Shown here one piece after another: positions 37,095 through 45,348 of a stretch of 64,000 bases of DNA. Positions within the stretch are counted from its first letter, which is position 1; every line of letters starts with the position of its first letter. The DNA lies in contig JAAAOJ010000062.1 in assembly GCA_009908915.1 (NCBI GenBank), positions 5,594 to 69,593 on the forward strand, given 5' to 3'. Below the pieces are notes generated by a model. The model was not told the origin of the DNA, did no database searches, and was given only the letters and a program-made list of their open reading frames with translations. The position numbers and the translations under genes were made by a program. Source of the stretch: Planctomycetota bacterium. Its GTDB lineage: Bacteria > Planctomycetota > Phycisphaerae > SM23-33.

Positions 37095-40000
37095 ATGTCG
37101 ACTGAATTGGCGAAGGTTTACGAGCCGCAGAACATCGAGCAGGACATCTACAATCGCTGGATCGAGGCCGGCGCCTTCCATGCCGAATGCGACGCCGACT
37201 ACGACGGCGATACGTTCGGCATGGTCATTCCCCCGCCGAACGTCACGGCCGCCCTGCATCTCGGCCATGCGCTGAACAACGCTCTGCAGGACGTCCTGAT
37301 CCGGTGGCGGCGAATGCAGCAGTACAACACGCTGTGGATGCCCGGCACGGACCACGCGGGCATCGCCACGCAGACCGTCGTCGAGAAACGCCTGCTGGCC
37401 GAGGAAGGCAAACGCCGCACGGAATACGATCGCGACGAGTTCGTCGCTCGCGTGCAGGACTGGAAGGACGAGTACGAGGCCCGCATCCTCAATCAACTCA
37501 AGACGATGGGTTGCAGTTGCGACTGGGACCGCACGAGATTCACCATGGACGAGGTCTGCGCCAAGGCCGTCCGCGAAACGTTCTTCCGCCTGTTCGCCGA
37601 CAGGCTGATCTATCGTGGCAAGCGGCTGGTGAACTGGGACCCGGCCACGCAGACCGTGTTGGCCGACGATGAAGTCGAGCACGAGGAAATCCGCGGCCAC
37701 TTCTGGTATCTCCAATACCCCCTCGTCGAGCCGGTGACCCTGCCTAGTGGCACGGACGTCCTGCCCGTGTCTGATACTCATGGGCGGGATGCCCATGCCA
37801 CGACAATCACGCACATTACCGTCGCCACCACCCGGCCGGAGACCATGCTGGGCGATACCGCCGTGGCGATGAACCCCAAGGACCCCCGGGCTGAGGCGCT
37901 GGCGGGCAGGAAGGTGCGGCTGCCGATTGTCGGGCGCGAAATCCCGATCATCGCCGACGACCACGTGGTGGCCCCCGACCCCGACAGCGACGACGAGAAG
38001 GCCAGGTTCTCCACCGGCTTCCTGAAGGTCACCCCCGCCCACGACCCGGACGACTACCAGATCGGCCAGCGGCACGACCTGCCGATGATTAACGTGATGG
38101 CCCCCGACGGCAGCATCAGCAAGGACCACGGCTGGGACGACTGGGACGCCATCGCCAACCCCGACGTCGAGAACATTATCGGCATGGACCGCTTCGAGGC
38201 CCGCGAGGCCATCGTTGAATTCTTCCGCCAGGAGACGCTGCTGGAAGACGTGCGCGACTACACGCATCAGGTCGGCCACAGCTACCGCAGCCACGTGCCG
38301 ATCGAACCGTACCTCTCCGACCAGTGGTACGTCGCCGTCAAAAAGCCGATTGCCGATGTCGGGTTCGAGATCGCGGATTTCGAAACACTCCGTAGCGACG
38401 GCACAGTCGAAACGAAAGACGGCGTGGAGTTCATCAAGGACACGGACGTGCCGCTGGCTAGCCTGGCCGGGCTGGCCCTGGCCCCCCTGCTTGCCGACCG
38501 CCTGACATTCACGCCGGAGCGTTACACCCGCAATTACCAGACCTGGCTGGAAAACCTCCGCGACTGGCCGATCTCTCGACAGCTCTGGTGGGGCCACCAG
38601 ATTCCGGTCTGGTCCAAGGCGATCGAAAACGTGGACGATCTGAAGGAGGCCAGTTCTGTCTTCTTCGCCCTTCTTGACGAGAACCTCTCGAACCCGAATC
38701 TCATGTTCACCGCCTATGAGATTGAGACGCAGATGACTTTGGATCATTCGAGAATGAGAGAATGTCTCCAATCTGATAAACTGAGTCGGCCTTTCTACGC
38801 ATTTGCCTGTCTGCGTTCTGATTGTGCGAACGATATCCAAGCATTGGAAGCCGCCGGCTTCGTTCGCGACCCCGACGTTCTCGACACGTGGTTCTCTTCG
38901 GCGTTGTGGCCGTTCAGTACACTCGGCTGGCCGGATGAAACCGACGCCCTCAAAACGTTCTATCCCAATGATGTCCTCTCGACGGCCCGGGAGATCATCA
39001 CGCTGTGGGTCAGCCGCATGGTGATGATGGGCCAATATTGTCTGGGCGACATCCCCTTCTGCGACGTGTTCATCCACGCGATGATCCAGGACGGCGAGGG
39101 CCGAAAAATGTCCAAGAGCCTTGGCAATGGCGTGGACCCGCTGGATATCATCGCCAGTCACGGCAGCGACGCCATGCGTTACACGCTGGTGAGCATGACC
39201 ACGCAGACCCAGGACGTCCGCATGCCGCTGGAGACGATGACGCTGCCCGACGGCCGCGAGGTCAACAGCAGCCCGAAGTTCGACATCGGCCGAAACTTCG
39301 CCAACAAGCTCTGGAACGCCGCGCGCTTCGCCATGATGAAGCTCCAGCGCGTCCCGGGCTGGGACCACATCCGCCCCGGCGACAGTCTGCCCGACCAGTG
39401 GATCCTCAGCCGCCTCAACAACACCGTACGCGACGCGACGGCCGCCCTCGACGGCTACCGCTTCAACGAGCTGGCCGAGCGGCTGTACCACTTCGTCTGG
39501 GACGATTTCTGCGACTGGTACCTTGAGATATCCAAGGTGCGAATCGCCGACGGGGAGAGCCAACCCAAGGCCGTCGTCGCCTACGTGCTCGATGCGATCC
39601 TGCGGCTGCTGCACCCGATCATGCCCTACATCACCGAGGCCATCTGGCAGCAGCTTAATCACGTTGTCCCTGCGCGCGGGCCGGGCGATATCGAGGCCGA
39701 GACCCTGCTTGTCACCGCCGAGTGGCCGCGGGCGGACGGCGAGATGATCAACCCCGGCGCGGAAGGCGCGTTCAACCTATTTGCCGACTGCGTGCGGGAC
39801 ATTCGCAACGTGCGGACGCAGCACAACGTCCCTCCGAGCGAGAAGGTCAGCGTGACGGCCGAGGTCGTCGAGGGCCATCCCTCGGCGGACATCCTGCGGG
39901 AGAACGTCGAGGTGCTCAAGGCGCTGGCGGGCATCGGCGAGTTGACGATCTCCGGCGAGGCCGTTCAGCAGCCGGGCAACGCCGCGGCGATCAATGTCGG

Positions 40001-40241
40001 CGGCATCCGTCTGTATGTCCTGGACATCATCGATGTCGAGGCCGAGCGGCAGCGGCTCGAGAAAGAGAAGGCCACAATCCAGAAAGGCCTCAAGGGCATC
40101 GAGGGCAAACTCGGCAACGAGAACTTCCTCAACAAGGCCCCGGCCGAGGTCGTCCAGCGCGAGCGCGACCGGCTGGACGGTCTGCAACGCGACCTCGGTG
40201 CCGTGAACGACGCGCTGGCCGCTTTGCCAAGCGAGGGCTGA
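37095..40241 (+). CDS. valS: valine--tRNA ligase
   Basis: HIGH-type motif (PPPNVTAALHLGHAL), KMSKS, editing domain and C-terminal coiled coil. Start MSTELAKVYEPQ (ATG 37095). The upstream 63 codons in the track are rejected. Confidence 0.95.
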   Translation: MSTELAKVYEPQNIEQDIYNRWIEAGAFHAECDADYDGDTFGMVIPPPNVTAALHLGHALNNALQDVLIRWRRMQQYNTLWMPGTDHAGIATQTVVEKRLLAEEGKRRTEYDRDEFVARVQDWKDEYEARILNQLKTMGCSCDWDRTRFTMDEVCAKAVRETFFRLFADRLIYRGKRLVNWDPATQTVLADDEVEHEEIRGHFWYLQYPLVEPVTLPSGTDVLPVSDTHGRDAHATTITHITVATTRPETMLGDTAVAMNPKDPRAEALAGRKVRLPIVGREIPIIADDHVVAPDPDSDDEKARFSTGFLKVTPAHDPDDYQIGQRHDLPMINVMAPDGSISKDHGWDDWDAIANPDVENIIGMDRFEAREAIVEFFRQETLLEDVRDYTHQVGHSYRSHVPIEPYLSDQWYVAVKKPIADVGFEIADFETLRSDGTVETKDGVEFIKDTDVPLASLAGLALAPLLADRLTFTPERYTRNYQTWLENLRDWPISRQLWWGHQIPVWSKAIENVDDLKEASSVFFALLDENLSNPNLMFTAYEIETQMTLDHSRMRECLQSDKLSRPFYAFACLRSDCANDIQALEAAGFVRDPDVLDTWFSSALWPFSTLGWPDETDALKTFYPNDVLSTAREIITLWVSRMVMMGQYCLGDIPFCDVFIHAMIQDGEGRKMSKSLGNGVDPLDIIASHGSDAMRYTLVSMTTQTQDVRMPLETMTLPDGREVNSSPKFDIGRNFANKLWNAARFAMMKLQRVPGWDHIRPGDSLPDQWILSRLNNTVRDATAALDGYRFNELAERLYHFVWDDFCDWYLEISKVRIADGESQPKAVVAYVLDAILRLLHPIMPYITEAIWQQLNHVVPARGPGDIEAETLLVTAEWPRADGEMINPGAEGAFNLFADCVRDIRNVRTQHNVPPSEKVSVTAEVVEGHPSADILRENVEVLKALAGIGELTISGEAVQQPGNAAAINVGGIRLYVLDIIDVEAERQRLEKEKATIQKGLKGIEGKLGNENFLNKAPAEVVQRERDRLDGLQRDLGAVNDALAALPSEG

Positions 40242-40462
40242 GGGCAGAAGGCCAAGGTCCGAGAGCTCCAGAAAAAGACAAAGACCCTCACCCGGCCTCT
40301 CCCAGAGGGAGAGGAGTAGAAACCCCTCCCCTCTTGGGGGAGGTGGCGAGTCTTCGAGCCGGTACGGGGGCTCTTCCGGAAGGGCAGAGAGCCCCGGCTG
40401 CCAGGCGGCAGGATTTCCATATCGGCCACGCCTCTCGGCGCATTTCGCGATACAATGTGCCA

Positions 40463-41068
40463 ATGGACATTCCCGTTGAACTATCTCGTATCATGATCAC
40501 CGAGCTGGGCGAGCAGCAGGTGATCTTCCTGAAGGAGCGCGACGGCGATCGCAACTTCCCGATTCTTATCGGCATTGCCGAGGCGATGGCCATCGACCGA
40601 CGCCTCAAGGGCGTGGCGACCCCCCGGCCGATGACGCACGAATTGCTGGCCAACGTCATCGGCGCCCTTGGCGGCGAGGTGGAGAAGATCGTCGTCGATG
40701 ACCTGCGGGAGCACACCTTCATCGCCACGCTCTACATTCGCCGCAATGGCCAACTCATCGAGATCGACTCCCGTCCGTCCGATGCCATCGCCCTCGGCTC
40801 GGCCCTGGATACGCCGCTGTACGTGGCGGATCATGTGTTCGACGCCGTGACGTCGCAGGAGCCGTCAACGCGCGAGGAGCGAATCCAGATGCTGCGCGAC
40901 CGGCGCGCGATGCTGGCGACGGAGATCGAGGCCCTGAGCGAAATTCTGGAGGATCCGGAGTTCCTTTCCGATGCGCCTGATGGCGTGATCGAGGAACAGC
41001 GGCGACGCCTGGAAGCGATGCAGAACGAACACGACAGCATCGACGACGTCCTGCGAAAATTGGGGTAG
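40463..41068 (+). CDS. bifunctional nuclease (BFN/DUF151) family protein with UVR-like C-terminus
   Basis: FPILIGIAEAMAI...HTFIATLYI...IDSRPSDAIALG core motifs. The ORF-track extension back into valS is rejected. Confidence 0.7.
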   Translation: MDIPVELSRIMITELGEQQVIFLKERDGDRNFPILIGIAEAMAIDRRLKGVATPRPMTHELLANVIGALGGEVEKIVVDDLREHTFIATLYIRRNGQLIEIDSRPSDAIALGSALDTPLYVADHVFDAVTSQEPSTREERIQMLRDRRAMLATEIEALSEILEDPEFLSDAPDGVIEEQRRRLEAMQNEHDSIDDVLRKLG

Positions 41069-41312
41069 CCGAAGCTTCAAATATGAAGAAGCAAGCTCCA
41101 ACAAAGATTCACCTACGGCAGATCATTTCTGAAACGAGGCGCTCTGACCAAGCATACGAAGCTCGTGCATGGTGGAGCACTCCCGAAGGGATGCCGCCGG
41201 CACGGCTCCACCATGCTATTTCATGGTATATGCGTTCGTGACTCCCCGGCGGGGCGGGTCCTACACCGCGCAAGAACTTATCGTATTCCGTATTACTCTT
41301 CCTTGAGCTTTC

Positions 41313-42812
41313 TTACCGGAGGGGAAACTTCCCGAGCGAGGCCACCACGCCTTGGGGGTTGTAGTAGTGGGCGACGAAGGCGTCTGCCCCGGTGCGTGTG
41401 AGGATCAGTCCGTAGTAGTTGCCATTCTCGGCGTCGGCGAGTTCGCGTGCGGTCGGCCCGACGCGGTCGGCGTTGTCGACCTTCTCGAAATGCCCGATGA
41501 ACCGGCAGAGCGAGTCGCGGCTGTCAGTGACGAGGCGCCGCGTTGGATGGTAGACGAGATCGTCGCCCTTGACGCGCGGGTCCGGCGGGTAGAGGATCGC
41601 TTCGGCCTGGCCGTTCTGGTAAAAGACCAGCCCGCCCCACGCACTGTCCCGGTCGGCCATGTCGCCGTTGGCCATCAGCCGCAGCGAGACCTGGACGCGC
41701 GGGCGGGACAACATTTCATTCAGCAGGTAGATGTTCCACAGATCAGCCATCGACAGCTTCTCGACCTGTAGCCAGAACTCGTCCTTATAGTCGGCGTCGC
41801 CCGACGGTTTGTGACGGATGTGCTTGCGTCGCTGCAGGGCCTTGCCGATATGAAGCACGAGTTGCGTCCGCGTCAAGTTCGCGCGGAGGGGGTCGCGGCT
41901 GAGGCGGCTAAGTAGGTGGAAGTCGCGAATGTTGAACTGGTATTCGTGGTTGCGGCTCCAGTCGATGCTCAGGCGGGCCGCGTCGTTGAGCATATCGCGG
42001 CGGACCTTGTAGATGATGACGGTCGTGAGGAACTGCTCGCGCGTTGTCGGCAGATAGCCGAACTGCTCGAGCATGCCCTGGACGGCGCGGATGGCGTCGG
42101 TGCGGGCGGGTTCGGCCATGATTCGCCGGTAGAGTTCCTTGCGGTCGATGCGTGCCTGAAGAACCTCGAGAGCCGAGCCGCGTGCATCGAAGGTCGGCGA
42201 GTTGATCGCGCTGAGCAGTGCGCCGTCCCACTGCTGCCGGGTAATCTTCTGTACCATGTCGCGATAGCGATTTTCGGTGGCCTCGTCCGGGTTGCGGATG
42301 GCAGCCCAGTTCTGGACGATGCTGGCCAGAAGTTCCGGCACGGGGTTCTGGGCGACCCATTCCTCGGCCAGTTGTCGAACCTCGGGATCCGCGTCGGGGT
42401 CCTGGATGGTCTCGACGGCAAAGCTGATCAGGTCGGGGTAGTTCTGGCGGAAGAGGAACTTCAGGACGGCGACCTTCAGCTTGCGCGGGGTCTGCGGGTC
42501 GCGCCGCATACTGGCGAGGTCGGCCAGGGCGACGCGATCGTTCAGCCCGAGTTCCTCAACGAGTTCAAGCGAGTTGATCCGCTCCTGGACGGTCAGGTCC
42601 GGGTTCTGCACGCGCGTCAGATTGATCTGCACGATCGAGTGTGTCGGATAGCTGTCGCGCGAGGCAGACGGCATCTGGCGATAGGCCGCGATGCTCGTGG
42701 GGGCCTCGCTGGTGGAGACCTGCTCGCAGCCGACGGCCACGATTAGTGCCAGCACCGCGCATACGCTCAGGGCGAGTGCGGCGGTTCCGTGATGTCGCTT
42801 CTGCCATACCAT
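41313..42812 (-). CDS. hypothetical lipoprotein
   Basis: Start MVWQKRHHGTAALALSVCAVLALIVAVGCEQ (lipobox; CAT 42810-42812). Helical repeat body. Immediately upstream of the GT39-ABC operon. Confidence 0.5.
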   Translation of the reverse strand: MVWQKRHHGTAALALSVCAVLALIVAVGCEQVSTSEAPTSIAAYRQMPSASRDSYPTHSIVQINLTRVQNPDLTVQERINSLELVEELGLNDRVALADLASMRRDPQTPRKLKVAVLKFLFRQNYPDLISFAVETIQDPDADPEVRQLAEEWVAQNPVPELLASIVQNWAAIRNPDEATENRYRDMVQKITRQQWDGALLSAINSPTFDARGSALEVLQARIDRKELYRRIMAEPARTDAIRAVQGMLEQFGYLPTTREQFLTTVIIYKVRRDMLNDAARLSIDWSRNHEYQFNIRDFHLLSRLSRDPLRANLTRTQLVLHIGKALQRRKHIRHKPSGDADYKDEFWLQVEKLSMADLWNIYLLNEMLSRPRVQVSLRLMANGDMADRDSAWGGLVFYQNGQAEAILYPPDPRVKGDDLVYHPTRRLVTDSRDSLCRFIGHFEKVDNADRVGPTARELADAENGNYYGLILTRTGADAFVAHYYNPQGVVASLGKFPLR

Positions 42813-42966
42813 GCGAAGGCCAAATTCTACCAGCCCCGCCACAACCGGTTCAAGCGGCAAACGACAAGTTGGATTTGGTGGCGTCGGTCATGTCGCGGAT
42901 GTTTTCTCGGCAACGGGGCGAAATCGCCCACAAGACGTTCTCGCGGCTCGCGCCTACGCGGGCGCA

Positions 42967-45348
42967 TCAGCCGTCTATTGCCTGCCCTGCCGGTGCGGTG
43001 GCTTTTGGGACAGATGTCTCCGGCGTATCGGACGGTTCGGGTGATGCGTCAAAGGGCTCGGCCTGCTCGGGGGCAAACTTGTTGCCCGTCGCGTCCGGGA
43101 ACTCGCGGATAATCGGCTCGGGCTGCCAGTCGCTCGGCGCGTCGACCGGCGGGATGGCATAGACCGACAAGACAGGCCAGCCCACAGGGGGATGCTTCCA
43201 TCTCCATTCCGTGCGTTTCGGCTTCGGCACGTCCGGTCGATACGTCGTGCCCGGGACGGGCACGAGACCATCGTCAGTTGTCACAAGGAACGGCACGGGC
43301 CTGGCGTTGAGGGCTTCGAGGAGCGGCAGGCTGGGCGGCTGGCCTTGCTGCCAGCGGTTGTAAAGGCCCTCGGTGAATGTCGGTGTCACGCCATAGGTTG
43401 CCGCCAGCCGCCGCAGTTCGAACCAGTTGACGAACAGGTGTGTGACGCCAAGGTCGCGGACGCGCCGGCGGTACTCCTCGGGCGTGGCGTCCGGCATGTC
43501 GAGCGGGTGGGTGTCGAAGGCGGTGGCGTAGAGCGTATCAGGCGGGTAGTAGAAGGCTCGTGCCTCACCGATCAGGGCCAGTCGCGATCCTTCGGGAAGC
43601 TGACGGCTTGCGTGTAAATCGGGAAAGGTCAGCAAGACCTCATCGGCCGGTAGCGGGGGCACGGGCCGCTCGAACCGCTGGGCACTGCTGAAGAGGTTCA
43701 CAATTGCCGTCACGCCGGTAATCAGGGCCGCCAGCAGGATCGCGATGGTGGCCACGCGACCCCAGCCGGGCGGGTCAGTTTCAGCGGCCCGCTTCTTCAA
43801 TGGGTTGTACTTCACCGCCGCCAGTCGCGCCAGACCCCATCCGGCCAGCAGCGCCACCGGCACAACGGCCGGGGCGATAAACCGCACCGGCATGCCGCGG
43901 GTGGCCGTCGCCCAGGCACCCGCCTGAAGAACCGTCACGCCAACCAGCGCATACTCCCAGCGGTAGGTCCGCAAGGAGTTCCGCATGGAGACCAGCGCGC
44001 AGATGCTGACGACGGCCAGAAAGACCATCGTCGTGTTGAGCGTCCCGGAAATCACGAATGCCCCCCAGAACTGCTCAAGCGTGCCTGGCGCCTCCCGCGC
44101 AGCCCAGCCGGGCGGCTCGGGCACGGGCGGATGCTGGATCGGCGCGTGGCCGGCGCGCCAGCGATGCGCCTGCATGTCCGTCCAGTAGCCCTGCCCCAGA
44201 ACGTCCGTCGCCAGCGGGAAGACCGGATTGCCCGTTAAAACAGCGTTGCGCACGAGCCACGGCGAAAACAGACCCAGCGCCAAAACGCCCACCAGCAGCA
44301 TGTGTCCCAGGCGTTGGCCACTCCGGACGGAAGCGACCAGCACGACGGCCAGGACCGGACCGGCGACGAAACCGACGGACAGGTACTTCGCTGCGCACGC
44401 CGCGCCGAGCAGACAGCCGATGCCCGCCGCCGTCTGCCAACGGGCCTCGCGCAACCAGGCGCGCAGCCAGATCAGCCCCAGCGCCAGGTAACAAATCATT
44501 GCCAGTTCGGAAAACGCCAGCCAGGACAGGTAGATCACGATCGGACACGTCGCCAGCAAGGCCCCGCTGATGCGCCCGCGCGAGTCCTCGCCGTCTCGCA
44601 GGCCGAGGATCACGCCGACGACGGCCAGTGCCCCGAACGCGCCGTGCAGCAGCGTCGCGAGATACATGCCCTCGTACGCCCCGCCGCGAAGGCACATCGC
44701 CATCAGCGAGAGCATCTCCACGCCGAGCGGGTAGTGGCTGTAGACATTGTGCGTCAGTTGGCGGATGCCTCCACCGTTGTAGAACTCGCGCGGCAGTTGC
44801 AGGTGGTACTCCAGAACGTCGTAGGCGTCGCCGCCGACATCGATCAATCCGGGCGGATGCAGCGCACCGCCCAGCCACATGCCGACCGCGGCCCCGCAGA
44901 CCACCCAGATCAGGGCCCGACCGTCTGCGGTGCTGCCGGCAGTCGATTCGCGGCTCAGCCGGCCACGGGCGGCCCAGCCGGCCGCCAGCACGCCCAGCAG
45001 CAGAATGCTCCACCACAGCCACGCGTGCAACAGTCCGAGCGAACCCAGAAGCAGCATCAGGGTCGAGAGGATCCAAAGACCGAGGGCTGCCGCGCAGACG
45101 GCGACGAAGTTCCGAGGCATGGACGGCGGCGCGAGCCGGCTGACGATCGGCCAGGCGAGGCCTCCACCGGCCAGGACGATCATCGCGGCCGCGGCCAGTT
45201 CCATCCCCCCCACCGGTACAGAGAAGATCATCGTGCCCACGCTGGTCGTGGCGTACATGAAGATCAGAGCCATCAGCACCGCCCCGACCGGCGGGACGGA
45301 CGCCGGCATGGCATTCAGACGGGCTAGCGGCGTGTCGGGCTGGCTCAC
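42967..45348 (-). CDS. GT39/ArnT-like lipid-carrier-dependent glycosyltransferase (membrane) with a long C-terminal extracytoplasmic domain
   Basis: About 12 TM helices with the periplasmic loop pattern typical of ArnT/PMT-family C-type glycosyltransferases. GTG start with a GGAGAC ribosome-binding site. Overlaps the upstream ABC gene by 4 nt. Confidence 0.65.
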   Translation of the reverse strand: MSQPDTPLARLNAMPASVPPVGAVLMALIFMYATTSVGTMIFSVPVGGMELAAAAMIVLAGGGLAWPIVSRLAPPSMPRNFVAVCAAALGLWILSTLMLLLGSLGLLHAWLWWSILLLGVLAAGWAARGRLSRESTAGSTADGRALIWVVCGAAVGMWLGGALHPPGLIDVGGDAYDVLEYHLQLPREFYNGGGIRQLTHNVYSHYPLGVEMLSLMAMCLRGGAYEGMYLATLLHGAFGALAVVGVILGLRDGEDSRGRISGALLATCPIVIYLSWLAFSELAMICYLALGLIWLRAWLREARWQTAAGIGCLLGAACAAKYLSVGFVAGPVLAVVLVASVRSGQRLGHMLLVGVLALGLFSPWLVRNAVLTGNPVFPLATDVLGQGYWTDMQAHRWRAGHAPIQHPPVPEPPGWAAREAPGTLEQFWGAFVISGTLNTTMVFLAVVSICALVSMRNSLRTYRWEYALVGVTVLQAGAWATATRGMPVRFIAPAVVPVALLAGWGLARLAAVKYNPLKKRAAETDPPGWGRVATIAILLAALITGVTAIVNLFSSAQRFERPVPPLPADEVLLTFPDLHASRQLPEGSRLALIGEARAFYYPPDTLYATAFDTHPLDMPDATPEEYRRRVRDLGVTHLFVNWFELRRLAATYGVTPTFTEGLYNRWQQGQPPSLPLLEALNARPVPFLVTTDDGLVPVPGTTYRPDVPKPKRTEWRWKHPPVGWPVLSVYAIPPVDAPSDWQPEPIIREFPDATGNKFAPEQAEPFDASPEPSDTPETSVPKATAPAGQAIDG

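Noticed and set aside
36603-39662. 1019-aa minus-strand ORF
   Set aside because: It is antisense to valS, which has unambiguous HIGH/KMSKS motifs. Its translation has no motifs.
39722-40462. N-terminal 247 codons of the 448-aa plus-strand ORF
   Set aside because: This part overlaps the valS 3' end in another frame. The BFN-domain protein starts at ATG 40463.
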